Positions 32,281 through 42,521 of a stretch of DNA of 64,000 bases are shown piece after piece (position 1 is the stretch's first letter; every line of letters starts with the position of its first letter). The stretch is from Halodesulfurarchaeum sp. (GTDB lineage Archaea > Halobacteriota > Halobacteria > Halobacteriales > Halobacteriaceae), in NCBI GenBank assembly GCA_034520565.1, contig JAXHNL010000002.1:1472001-1536000 (forward strand), written 5' to 3'. The notes beneath the pieces are model-generated. The model did not search any database and was not told the origin of the DNA. It was given only the letters and a program-made list of their open reading frames with translations. A program made the translations under genes and the position numbers.

Positions 32281-34010
32281 GATTGTTCCTCCCGTGATGG
32301 GTTTGCTTCGGACTCCTCGGTACCACCGTCGGTCAGCGGTTTCACGCGATTCTGCTCGAACCACTCCCAATCCGGGGTTTTGAGCCCGTCTGGCTCCAGG
32401 TCCCAGGGATCGCCGGTACGGACTCGATCCCCGTACAGCCAGGAGAGGATCACGTTCACGAGACCGATGACCATCCCGATCGCGATGATGTACGCGCCGA
32501 GGGTGGAAAGCACGTGCATGTCGAAAAACTGCGGCAGGTAGGTCGCGTACCGTCTGGGCATGCCACCCCAGCCCATGATCATCATGGCGGTGAACGTGAG
32601 CTGCGTGCCGACGAAGGTAAACCAGAAGTGGATCTTCCCGGTCACCTCGTCGTAGTACCGTCCGGTAAAAAGCGGGAACCAGTAGTAGAAGCCAGCGAAC
32701 ACCGCGAAGACGGCACCGCCCATCAGCATGTAGTGGAAGTGACCGACGATGTAGTAGGTGTCATGGACGTAGATGTCGACGGGGATTGCACCGAGGAAGA
32801 CGCCGGTGATTCCACCGACGATGAAGTTAAAGATGAATCCGAGCGCAAACAACATCGGCGTTTTCAGACGGATCCGGCCGTTCCACAGGGTGGTAATCCA
32901 GTTGAATGCTTTCACCGCACTCGGCACCGCGATGGCCAAGGTCACTGCCATGAAACTCGCCCGAATACGGGGGTCGATTCCCGTCGTGAACATGTGGTGG
33001 GCCCAGACGCCGAAGGAGAGGACGCCGATCGCGAGCGTCGAGTAGACGACGAACTTGAAACCGAACAGTTTACGACCGGAAAACCGCGGTATGACGAGGC
33101 TGATGATTCCCATCGGTGGGAGGATGAGGATGTACACTTCCGGGTGGCCGAAAAACCAGAAGAGGTGCTGCCAGAGGATCGGTGAACCGCCCTCGATGGC
33201 AAAAAACGTCGTGCCGAAGTTTCGGTCCATGATCAGCATGATGAGTGCGGCCCCCAACATTGGAAACGCGAAGACGATCTGTCCGGCCTGGGTGAGGATG
33301 GTCCAGGAAAAGATGTCGAGTTCGCCCCAGGAGACTTCCCGTTCGGTAAAGACGGTCGTGATGAAATTGATTCCACTCAAAATCCCACTCACGCCGATCA
33401 GATGTTGACCGAGCAGGAAGAGGTCCACGCCGGCATTCGCCGATTGGGAAGCCAACGGCGTGTACATCGTCCACGCAGTCGCGGAGGGTTCGATTACGGG
33501 CAGGAAAAAGCCGGCCCAGATGAGGAGCGCTCCCGGAGGGAGTAGCCAGAATGCGATCGCGTTCACGCGCGGGAACGCCATGTCGTCCGCGCCGAGCAGG
33601 AGGGGGAGGAAGTAGTTCGCAAAGGCCGCCAAAATCGGGGTCCCGAAGACGATGAGCATCGTGGTGCCGTGGGTCGTGAGCAGCGTATTGTACGAATTGA
33701 GGCTAATGATCGTTGCATCGGGGGTCAAAAGCTCCGTTCGCATGAGCAAGACGGATACTCCTGCCCACGCGAAGGCGAAGAAGGCGTAGGCACCATACAT
33801 CAATCCGATGTCCTTGTGATCGACGGTCGTCAACCATCGAAGGATGCCGGCCGGTTTCTCCTCGTGGCTATACACGTCTTCGTGGGCCCCTCGGACACCG
33901 CCGTCCGGGATCAATCGGCTTACCGGTCGATCCCGGGCAAGTCGTGTGGCAACCGCTAGAAGGACCACCCCCATTCCGGCCGAGAGTGCAACGTTCGTGA
34001 TGCCCACCAT
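32277..34010 (-). CDS. coxA: A1-type heme-copper oxidase subunit I
   Basis: THG, DMAFPR, WFFGHPEVY, WAHH, HFHY, GMPRRY. Confidence 0.96.
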   Translation of the reverse strand: MVGITNVALSAGMGVVLLAVATRLARDRPVSRLIPDGGVRGAHEDVYSHEEKPAGILRWLTTVDHKDIGLMYGAYAFFAFAWAGVSVLLMRTELLTPDATIISLNSYNTLLTTHGTTMLIVFGTPILAAFANYFLPLLLGADDMAFPRVNAIAFWLLPPGALLIWAGFFLPVIEPSATAWTMYTPLASQSANAGVDLFLLGQHLIGVSGILSGINFITTVFTEREVSWGELDIFSWTILTQAGQIVFAFPMLGAALIMLIMDRNFGTTFFAIEGGSPILWQHLFWFFGHPEVYILILPPMGIISLVIPRFSGRKLFGFKFVVYSTLAIGVLSFGVWAHHMFTTGIDPRIRASFMAVTLAIAVPSAVKAFNWITTLWNGRIRLKTPMLFALGFIFNFIVGGITGVFLGAIPVDIYVHDTYYIVGHFHYMLMGGAVFAVFAGFYYWFPLFTGRYYDEVTGKIHFWFTFVGTQLTFTAMMIMGWGGMPRRYATYLPQFFDMHVLSTLGAYIIAIGMVIGLVNVILSWLYGDRVRTGDPWDLEPDGLKTPDWEWFEQNRVKPLTDGGTEESEANPSREEQS

Positions 34011-34284
34011 ATAGGTGGTTCCTGCTATGGCTTCACACTAAAATTGGTTTCTGGTACAAATGCCGAAAACGAGAGTTATTTGCGGAAGAACTGGCGAGAA
34101 AAAGAAATCGAGGATCGGACGGAAATTGAGTTTTGTCCCACCATACCGGGGGCACGTGGGTGAGTTTCGTGACGGATATCCTCCGTCGAATCGGCGTCGA
34201 CGTCTCGACCGTTCTTTCGTTCGTGCCGAATTCGATTCGAGGTTTGCGCCAGAATACCCTTACTCGGTCCGCTAACAGGTGACA

Positions 34285-34626
34285 ATGACGATGGTCGTCG
34301 AAGCGGTGACGGTTACCGAAAATCCGGTTTTTGCCGGGGTCGTTATCCTTTCCGCTATCGTATCCCTTCCCCTCGCTCTGTTCGGTATTCTCGCGTACAG
34401 ACGCCGCCGAACGACCTCGTATTTGTTGGTTGCGTCGGCCTTCGTGGCGTTTTTCTTGAAATCGGTGGTCGGGATTTTCACGCTCGTCGGGGTCGTTTCG
34501 GTGGAGAGTCATCATCTCATCGAGCACGGGCTCGACATCCTCGTGGTCGGCCTGTTGATCGGGGCCGTCTACCTAGCGAGGGACGCGAACCGATTCGAAG
34601 AGCTTCCGTTCGACGAAGTATCTTGA
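34285..34626 (+). CDS. 3-TM protein with HHxxEH motif
   Basis: SHHLIEHGLD in the last helix. Confidence 0.7.
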   Translation: MTMVVEAVTVTENPVFAGVVILSAIVSLPLALFGILAYRRRRTTSYLLVASAFVAFFLKSVVGIFTLVGVVSVESHHLIEHGLDILVVGLLIGAVYLARDANRFEELPFDEVS

Positions 34627-34778
34627 GGGGATTCGAACTGTCGGTGGTTCGGCGGCGATCGCGAATCAATATCGCGTGGTTTCGCCGCTGGTCTCGCCCC
34701 AAAACCCGGCAGAAGCCACCGCGTATTCGAGTCCCCTACCAGAAGGTGTTTTCCCGAGTCACGCGTAACCGTTCGTGT

Positions 34779-35297
34779 ATGAAAAGACGTCAATACGTCC
34801 GGTCGATCGGTGGACTCGTGGGGATTGGAATGCTGGCGGGCTGCAGCGGCGGCGGTTCGAACGATGACGAATCGGAAGAGGCCGGTCCGACCGTCGACAT
34901 GGTGACCGACGGTGGGGAGTACTACTTCGATCCGATCGGACTCTTCGTCGAGCCGGGGACCACGGTAACGTTCAACAACCACAGTGGGTCACACTCTGCA
35001 ACTGCCTACGTCGACGGTCTCGAGGAGGCCGAAACGACGCGAATCCCGGACGGTGGCCCCGAGTTCAATACGGGCATTTTGACTCAAGAAGGGGCCACCG
35101 AAACGGTCACCTTCGATACCGAGGGGACCTACGATTACTACTGCATTCCCCACAAGACGTTGGAAATGGTCGGGCGAATCGTCGTGGGATCGCCAGGGGG
35201 GCCAGCCGAGGGAAGTATGCCCCCGGACGGGGACGTCCCGGATAGCAGCACTATCGTCGATTCGGAATCGATTTCCTACACAGAGTTCCAGGGTTGA
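34779..35297 (+). CDS. Halocyanin/plastocyanin-like blue copper lipoprotein
   Basis: RR and LAGC signal; HS...YYCIPH..M type-1 Cu site. Confidence 0.9.
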   Translation: MKRRQYVRSIGGLVGIGMLAGCSGGGSNDDESEEAGPTVDMVTDGGEYYFDPIGLFVEPGTTVTFNNHSGSHSATAYVDGLEEAETTRIPDGGPEFNTGILTQEGATETVTFDTEGTYDYYCIPHKTLEMVGRIVVGSPGGPAEGSMPPDGDVPDSSTIVDSESISYTEFQG

Positions 35298-35453
35298 TCG
35301 CGGTGATCCGGGACATCGGACCGTCATCTGGCAATCGTTTTCTTCCGTATATCGTGGCGTTTCGACACACTTGTAGGCAATCCGGACAATTGCGTTCCGT
35401 CAAACGGACGACTTTTCCACCCGGCGATCGCGTCTCGACCTGAAAGCCCCATC

Positions 35454-36074
35454 ATGACGCTTTCCAAACGGCTCGCTGGCTCCGCTCGCGCCCATCCGGT
35501 TGGAGTAACGGCGCTTTTCAGCGCGATCGGGTATGCGGTCGTGATCGGGTCATTCGCGGATCTCGTGCCGGTACCGCGACTCGAGTACGGGACGGTATTG
35601 CTGTTCGGGGATCTGATCGCGGTAATTAATACGTTCGCTCTGTTCGCACTGCTCGCCGGATGGTGGTTTATCAGGCACGATGCGGTAGAAAAGCACAAAG
35701 CCGCCATGCTCACGGCTTTCGGGCTCATTTTGCTATTCCTCGTCCTCTACGTCTGGAAACAGGCCGGTGGCTTTACCAAGGAGTTCGCCGTCAGCCAGGG
35801 GCAGTTTCTCGCGGAGTACGCCACGCTGGTCACCTACGCCTACTGGGGAATGTTGGCGATCCATATTTTCCTCTCGGTCGTCGCCGTCCCCGTGGTGATT
35901 TACGCGATCGTCCTCGGGCTCACACATTCGACCGCCGAACTGGCCGCCTCTCGACACCCGCAAGTCGGTCGAGTGGCCGTTTTCGTCTGGTCGATTAGTC
36001 TGGGACTGGGTATTCTCACGTATCTCCTGTTGAATCACGTCTATGGGTGGGACGGTCTCCGGCTCGCCGGGTAG
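35454..36074 (+). CDS. DUF420 (CtaM-like) oxidase biogenesis membrane protein
   Basis: HKAAM..AF..FL.LY, HI.LS, H..VGR. Confidence 0.8.
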   Translation: MTLSKRLAGSARAHPVGVTALFSAIGYAVVIGSFADLVPVPRLEYGTVLLFGDLIAVINTFALFALLAGWWFIRHDAVEKHKAAMLTAFGLILLFLVLYVWKQAGGFTKEFAVSQGQFLAEYATLVTYAYWGMLAIHIFLSVVAVPVVIYAIVLGLTHSTAELAASRHPQVGRVAVFVWSISLGLGILTYLLLNHVYGWDGLRLAG

Positions 36075-36189
36075 GTTGAATAACGGGCCTCAGGGTAGCT
36101 GCTTTCCCGACTGACACCGGAATACCGGATTGCCCCTCCAATTTTCCCCGATGAAAACCACGGCGAGCAAACCGGTCCGAGCGGCGACG

Positions 36190-36630
36190 TTAGAGCGCAG
36201 CGAGGAGACCGGCATCGACGAGCAGCAACAGCGCGACCGTTCCAGCAGCGTTGAATCGGTCTGACGCCACTCCCACTGCATCGCCTGGGGCATCCGTGGC
36301 GAGGGCGTCTGTGAGTGTGCGGGCCGCCAGCTCGACGAACCCGATAAGCAACAGCCACAGGACGGCCATTCCGAGGACGAGATACCCGCCCGTCGTGTTC
36401 ATGATCGCGTCCCCGTACCGGCCTGCCATCATCCCTCCGGAGACGAGAAGGACCGCTGCACTCGCGCGAGAAAGTGTTACCAATCGTGACACGATCGTCG
36501 AAATCGCCGAGGTTTCGAGGGAGCCATTACGGGCGACCGGAAGCACCCCCCAGGTGACAAAGACGACACTCCCGGTCCACAGTGCGGCGAACACGATGTG
36601 CAGAAACGCCATCGCCGAAACGAGGTTCAT
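36190..36630 (-). CDS. CopD-like membrane protein
   Basis: LHIVFAALWTGS, SGG, 4 TM. Confidence 0.65.
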   Translation of the reverse strand: MNLVSAMAFLHIVFAALWTGSVVFVTWGVLPVARNGSLETSAISTIVSRLVTLSRASAAVLLVSGGMMAGRYGDAIMNTTGGYLVLGMAVLWLLLIGFVELAARTLTDALATDAPGDAVGVASDRFNAAGTVALLLLVDAGLLAAL

Positions 36631-36777
36631 ACGAGCGAGGTGCACCCTCGTGGTAAAGAAAGTACGCCCACCGGCACGTTCGATAGGGGGCCACCGAATT
36701 GTTCCCCGCATCTGGGACCTCACGGCGGTATCCGCTTCAGGACCAACCTTCATAGCCGGGGAACGCAAGGTGAAGGC

Positions 36778-37716
36778 ATGACTGCGGTGATCAGCGCGGC
36801 CGACGTCTCGAAACGGTACGGCGAGACATGCGCGCTCGATGGCGTCACCCTCGAAGTCGGTTCAGGGGAGGTGTTCGCACTCGTCGGACCAAACGGGGCG
36901 GGAAAAACGACGCTGGTCCGGACGCTCACCGGGACCGAACGTCCCGACGAAGGCTCGATTACCGTTCTCGGGACTGCTCCACTCGAAATCGATTCGGCAC
37001 GAATCGGACTTTTACCCCAGTCGTTCGCTCCACCCCAACGGCTCACCCCTCGAGAATTGATGGTCTATTATGCGGGCCTGTATGACGATCCCCGGTCGGT
37101 CGAAACGGTCCTCGCGGACGTCGGGATGGTCGATTCGGCGGACACCTGGTATGCGAACCTCTCGGGCGGGCAAAAACGTCGGGTCTGTGTTGGGATCGCC
37201 CTGATCAACGACCCCGAAATCCTCTTTCTGGACGAACCGACGACCGGCATCGATCCAGTCGGCCGACGGGACGTCTGGTCACTCCTTCACGGGCTGACCG
37301 CGGGCGGTACGACGATCTTTCTGACGACACACGACATGGGGGAGGCAGCGGAACTCGCCGACCGTGTCGGGTTTCTCGATTCAGGGCGTCTTCTCGCAAT
37401 GGGATCTCCGAACTCTCTCGTCGAGCAATACGCCGGCGAAACGACACTCCGGATCGAGACCGAGTCCCGGCCCGCGGAGGGGACAATCGAAGGATTCGGG
37501 GACGCAGTCGAACGCGACGACTCGGGATTGTCGGTTCGGAGCGTCCAACCCAGTGAAATCGGTGCCATTGTCGAGCAACTCGAACAGACGGGAATCGGGT
37601 ATGGCGCGATCACGTGGACGGAACCGACACTCGAGGACGCATACCTCAGTTTGACCGAGCAGGTCGCTGAAGAACCACCGAGTACAACTGAAAACCCGAT
37701 TTCCGGGCGGAACTGA
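36778..37716 (+). CDS. ABC-2 exporter ATP-binding protein
   Basis: GPNGAGKT, LSGGQ, LDEPT, TTH. Confidence 0.92.
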   Translation: MTAVISAADVSKRYGETCALDGVTLEVGSGEVFALVGPNGAGKTTLVRTLTGTERPDEGSITVLGTAPLEIDSARIGLLPQSFAPPQRLTPRELMVYYAGLYDDPRSVETVLADVGMVDSADTWYANLSGGQKRRVCVGIALINDPEILFLDEPTTGIDPVGRRDVWSLLHGLTAGGTTIFLTTHDMGEAAELADRVGFLDSGRLLAMGSPNSLVEQYAGETTLRIETESRPAEGTIEGFGDAVERDDSGLSVRSVQPSEIGAIVEQLEQTGIGYGAITWTEPTLEDAYLSLTEQVAEEPPSTTENPISGRN

Positions 37717-38462
37717 TGTCGAGAAACAGCCGCATTTTGGCTGCGACGCGGGCCGCCACGTATTCGTTTCTCCGCCGACGGACGGCCATGTTTTTCACCT
37801 TTGGATTCCCCCTCATTCTGGTCGGGATTTTCGGCGTAATCGTCCAAACGAATCCGACAGGCGGGGGCCTCTTCGGAAATCCGGTTGGCTATTACGTCCC
37901 CGGCTATCTTGCCGTCGTGGTCGTTTTTACGCCCCTGTCCCGTGTTGGAAGCACCATCGCGCGCTACCGGGAGCAGAATCGGTTCGAGAAATTGGCGACC
38001 ACGCCACTGGGGAAAACCGAGTGGCTCCTCGCGGAAACGATCGTCAATACCGGGATTATTTTGGTCGCGAGCGCACTCCTCATCCTCACCATACTGCTTT
38101 TCACCGACGCGACGATCCACCTCTCGTTCCTGCTAATCCCGCTTATCGTCGGTGGCGTGGTCGTTTTCGTCGGCATCGGAGCACTCATCGGTCGGGTGGC
38201 GAAGTCCCAGGACGGCGTTATCGCTGCCAGCAATGCCGTGGCACTTCCCGTGGTTTTTCTCTCGGATACCTTCGTTTCACCGGGAATGCTTCCGGCCTGG
38301 GTACAGGGTGTGATCGAACTCTCTCCGCTGACGTACTTCGCCCGCGGTGTTCGAAACGTGACCTATCTACAGGAACCGGCCGGACACGAATTACTCGTCC
38401 TGCTCGGTCTCGCCGTCTGCTTTTTTGCACTCGGAGCGCTTGCGGTCCCACAGCGGGAATGA
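37716..38462 (+). CDS. ABC-2 exporter permease
   Basis: 6 TM, SPLTY; coupled to the ATPase. Confidence 0.88.
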   Translation: MSRNSRILAATRAATYSFLRRRTAMFFTFGFPLILVGIFGVIVQTNPTGGGLFGNPVGYYVPGYLAVVVVFTPLSRVGSTIARYREQNRFEKLATTPLGKTEWLLAETIVNTGIILVASALLILTILLFTDATIHLSFLLIPLIVGGVVVFVGIGALIGRVAKSQDGVIAASNAVALPVVFLSDTFVSPGMLPAWVQGVIELSPLTYFARGVRNVTYLQEPAGHELLVLLGLAVCFFALGALAVPQRE

Positions 38463-38522
38463 GAAAGGGGAGGCTGCTGCTGTAATCCGGGGATTCATAC
38501 GATCGAACTTGGAAACGCCATT

Positions 38523-39185
38523 ATGGGAGGGGTCACCATTGGGCACGTCCGCTTCGACGACGTTCCGACCCCGACGACTGCAGAAATACTGGCCTACGTC
38601 GTCATTTTCGAAATCGGGCTGGTGGTCTCATACGTCCTCGCGACGGACGCGATCATTACGGATCCGCTCGTGCTGATCTATCCCTTCGTCTGGATCGACG
38701 CGAGTCTGCTGGCTTTCCTGAAGACGGATCGGCCGGTTGGATCGACCCGTGGGAAACTGACCGCCGCGTTGGTGGCACTCGGGTATTTCGGCCTGCTCGG
38801 ATATTTCGGTGGCCTGTTTAACACCGGTGTCGAAGTGATGGCCCCTCATTTCAACTGGGGGCCGCCGCCGGGGTACGCACCGGCGTTCATCTACGACAAC
38901 GGCCTGTTCAACCTCGTTCTCGAGCCGTTCAAGGTGGTCGGGTACCTGACGCTCGCGTATTTCGTCTATGCGACGGTGCTCGACGCTGCAGCCGGAGCGA
39001 TTCCCGGGCTCCTCGGACTGTTCTCCTGTATTTCGTGTAGCTGGCCGATTCTCGGGACCATAGCCACCTCGATTTTCGGGAGCGGCTCGGCCGTGACGGC
39101 GTTCGCGTTGAGCCAGTCATACGGGATCGGAACCGTCGTGTTCGTCTCGGCACTCGCACTTCTGTACTACCGGCCGCTCTACTGA
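38523..39185 (+). CDS. Membrane protein with CxxC (SCISC)
   Basis: Multiple TM helices, FSCISCSWP. Confidence 0.75.
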   Translation: MGGVTIGHVRFDDVPTPTTAEILAYVVIFEIGLVVSYVLATDAIITDPLVLIYPFVWIDASLLAFLKTDRPVGSTRGKLTAALVALGYFGLLGYFGGLFNTGVEVMAPHFNWGPPPGYAPAFIYDNGLFNLVLEPFKVVGYLTLAYFVYATVLDAAAGAIPGLLGLFSCISCSWPILGTIATSIFGSGSAVTAFALSQSYGIGTVVFVSALALLYYRPLY

Positions 39186-39222
39186 TCCCGAAATTGGGGC
39201 TGCAAAGCGAGCGAAAGCGGAT

Positions 39223-39272
39223 TTCACCTGGGGTCGATGACGTGAACTTCACTTGGGGTCGATGACGTGAAC
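39223..39272. repeat. 25-bp tandem duplication (1 mismatch)
   Basis: TTCACCTGGGGTCGATGACGTGAAC then TTCACTTGGGGTCGATGACGTGAAC. Confidence 0.85.
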
Positions 39273-39794
39273 GTTCCCCATCATGCCGGCGGTTTCGTGG
39301 GGGATGCAATAGTAGTGATACCAGCCGGGTTTGTGAAAGGTATGGGCGTACTGCTCGCCCGGTGGGATCGCACCGCCCCCGTTAACGCGTTCGAAAAAGT
39401 CCTTCACGGCCGTGATTTCGTCCTCGAAATCCCCGGAGGCGAAAAAGGTATCGGGGGCAGGCAGTCGGGGGACCGCCGCTTCGTGGTGCCCGTCATCGTC
39501 CGTCGGGCCGAGCATCGCTTCTGCCTCCGGGTGTCGCTCGGTGGCTGCAGTCACCGTATGGATTCGGGAGTCTGTGTTCTCCCATACGAGCGGATCCCCG
39601 ACCCGGACCTCGACGGTCGGGTACTCTGCTGAAACCCAGTCCGGCACATTCTCGGGTATCTCGACAGTCGAGGCGGGGACGAATGCGTTCGAGACCATTC
39701 CCACGTCGTATCCGAGTCCCTCGCCGCTCGCACAGCCGGCAAGCGTCGTGCCCAGCACGGCGGCACCGGTGGCCAGAAACTCGCGCCGGTTCAT
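39249..39794 (-). CDS. Second cupredoxin (halocyanin-like) lipoprotein
   Basis: RREFL and LAGC; HTVT...YYCIPHETAGM. Confidence 0.88.
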   Translation of the reverse strand: MNRREFLATGAAVLGTTLAGCASGEGLGYDVGMVSNAFVPASTVEIPENVPDWVSAEYPTVEVRVGDPLVWENTDSRIHTVTAATERHPEAEAMLGPTDDDGHHEAAVPRLPAPDTFFASGDFEDEITAVKDFFERVNGGGAIPPGEQYAHTFHKPGWYHYYCIPHETAGMMGNVHVIDPK

Positions 39795-39881
39795 ACCCGA
39801 GACAGGCAACTGCTCACCAAAAACCTTCGGACCGTCGAATGCCGGTATCGGGAACGACTAAATGGGTTCATCCGATACCGA

Positions 39882-40808
39882 GTGACAATGCAATCGCCTA
39901 CGGACCGATTCGCCGTACCGACCGTGTTTCACCGACCGATCCGGTTCTTGCTCGATCACGCCCGCGAATTCGCCGGGTTGACGGCCGCCTTGACGTTTCT
40001 TCTGGTGCTCGTCGGCGAGTTCACGGCCGCGGCCGGAGCCGGAGCGACGTGTAACTTCACCTATCCCGGCTGTGCGGGGCAACTTTCGCCGATCGGGCTC
40101 ACTATCCCGCAGTTCATCGAGTGGTTTCACCGCTTTTTCGCGATGCTCGTCGGGATCGTCATTCTCGTGAACTCCCTCGTTCTCTGGTACCGGTACACCG
40201 GAACCCGGATCTCGTGGGCCGGGTGGCTCGCCACCCTCTTACTGCCAATCCAGGTATTTTTAGGCGGCGTCACGGTCACATTCGCAACGCTCTTTCCGGA
40301 GGGATATACTCCCGCAGTTCAACTGACTCACCTCGCTACTGCACTGGCCCTTTTCCTGTCGCTGGTCGCTGCATTCGCGTGGATCGATTTGCGCGAAAAC
40401 AACGGCGCGAGTCCGAACCGACTGTATCTCCTGGGATTGATCGGGGTCGGGCTGACGGGACTTCAAACCGTTTTCGCCCCGGGGCTGGTCTATACGTTCT
40501 GGCCGTCAGTGCAGATGGGCTATCACTTCTTCGGTCATCTGGTGGTCGCGACGTTCCTCGTTTCTACCCTCTTTGCACGGTCGCTCGATCTCGTCGACGC
40601 CGGTATCGTCGGTGGAATCGGGACCGTTCTCGGGCTTGCGAACACGTTTCTGGTGATCGGCCTGTTCCTCGTTTCCGAAGGGGTACGGGTGATGGTGTAT
40701 CTCCTGCTTTTCGTGCAGCTTTTCCTCTTTGCCTGGCTGGTCGTGATCGGCTCACGGGCAGACACAGGATCGGAAACCGTCGGTCGTGAAGCAGCAACTC
40801 GGCCCTAA
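39882..40808 (+). CDS. ctaA: Heme A synthase-like protein (COX15/CtaA)
   Basis: C-x6-C (CNFTYPGC), EWFHR, Q..LG, THL. Confidence 0.75.
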   Translation: MTMQSPTDRFAVPTVFHRPIRFLLDHAREFAGLTAALTFLLVLVGEFTAAAGAGATCNFTYPGCAGQLSPIGLTIPQFIEWFHRFFAMLVGIVILVNSLVLWYRYTGTRISWAGWLATLLLPIQVFLGGVTVTFATLFPEGYTPAVQLTHLATALALFLSLVAAFAWIDLRENNGASPNRLYLLGLIGVGLTGLQTVFAPGLVYTFWPSVQMGYHFFGHLVVATFLVSTLFARSLDLVDAGIVGGIGTVLGLANTFLVIGLFLVSEGVRVMVYLLLFVQLFLFAWLVVIGSRADTGSETVGREAATRP

Positions 40809-42216
40809 ACGAGCATCGTATCGAGGACGACGGCAAACAGGAGCGCACCGAGGTAGGCGTTGGCAGCGACGAAGGTCCGCCTTGCTGCCTTGTCCGTCCC
40901 GATCTGATTCAGTTGGACGGCGGCGATAAGGAATACGCCACCGAACACGACGGCGACGCCGGCATAGAGGGGGCCGAGTCCTGTCATCATTCCCAGGAGC
41001 ACTGCTGCAAGCATCGTCGCGCCGAGAAAGCTGGCGATATGCCGTCTGGTGGTCCGCTCCCCGCGAACCACCGGCAGCATCGGAAATCCGGCCCGTGCGT
41101 AATCATCCTTGTAGAGGATCGCGAGATTGTAGAAGTGCGCCGGCGTCCAGAGGAACACGACGACCCCGAGAACGATCGCGGGGACGCCGACGGTCTCGGT
41201 GATCGCCGCCCAGCCGATCAACGCAGGGAGTGCTCCGACAGCCCCTCCGATGACGGTATTCTGGTCCGTGTGGGGCTTCAGTAGCATCGTATATACCACG
41301 CTGTAAAACAGGATGGCGAGCAGTCCCAGCGCCGCTGCGAGCACGTTGACGAATTCGAGGAAGACGACCATTGACGCGACGAGGAGGACGACACCAAACG
41401 CGAGGGCGTGGCGTGGGGGGACGATGTCGGTGACGATCGGCCGATCGTTCGTCCGCTGCATCAACCTGTCACGGTCGCGTTCGTAGACGTTGTTGAACGT
41501 CGCGCTCGCACCGATGGCGAAAATCCCGCCCGCGAGCGTTGCGACTGTCGTTTTGAGGGGTGGAACACCACCGGCAGCGAGGCCCATACTCGCGAGGGCG
41601 ACCAGACTGAGAAGCCACCAGAGGTAGGGCTTCGTCAACCGAACATAGGCCCGCACCCGTTCGACCAGTGTCGGTTGCGGGGTGGAATGACCCGCCCAGC
41701 CGGTTCTTGGGTGGGTGGTGTCCGAAACGACGACGCAGATTCCTGTCGATCGCGATTCGGATTTGCCTGCGCTTCGAGCTGCCAGATCAGCGCCGCCATG
41801 AGTCCCGTGAAAATCGTCATGGCGGTCACCAGATGGACCGCGCCGACCGTGGTCGAAACGCCTGCAACGGCAGCCCTGGCACCCAGAACGACCTGGATGG
41901 GGTACAAGACCGCGGCAGCCACCACTGCCCATTGCACCCGGACCGTGGCGTGTTGAAGCACCGAAATCGTGGTCGCAATAAGGATGAGGCCGACGAGAAG
42001 GGCCGCGAGCCGGTGGCCGATGACGATCGCCGTTGCGGGCGACTCGAGCCACGGCCCGTGACAGAACGGCCAGCTAGAACAGGTAGCTGTCGCACCGGCC
42101 AGCGCGTTCGAAACGCCGCTCAGTACGAGGAGGTAGGTGCCGAGACTTGCCGCGACGAGCAGTGACGTTGGATCCGGATCCCGGAGTCGGGACACCCGTG
42201 GAAGTGACAGATTCAT
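40805..42216 (-). CDS. ctaB: Heme O synthase with N-terminal CtaA-like domain (frameshift in linker near 41700-41740)
   Basis: N-terminal CSSWPFC..HR; C-terminal TKP, ERDRDRLMQRTNDRP, WTPAHF, DYARAGFPML. Confidence 0.85.
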
Positions 42217-42521
42217 GTCCCTCGATTGTGTGGGGCTCTCGGGTTGATTGTCGTCCAGCCACTCCGCTCTAGCTGGGTGGCCGTCCCGGAGTTGCCGGCC
42301 GAATGAGTGAATTGCGCCATTGCGATGCGTGTCCGTGCCACACCCTAAGTATCGTGTGCTATTAAGTTTCGGGGCCGACGCATTCACGGTGTCGGTCTGT
42401 CGGGACACTCACAGCAATCCGCCGGCTATTCGAGTTGCCGAACCGGTGCGGCTAGCTTTACGGGTTGTCGAATTGGCACTCGTTTCGCGAGAAATCGATA
42501 GTCGTTTCGAGTGGATTGGGG

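Noticed and set aside
39223-39272. CRISPR array
   Set aside because: Only two directly adjacent copies, no spacer and no cas genes
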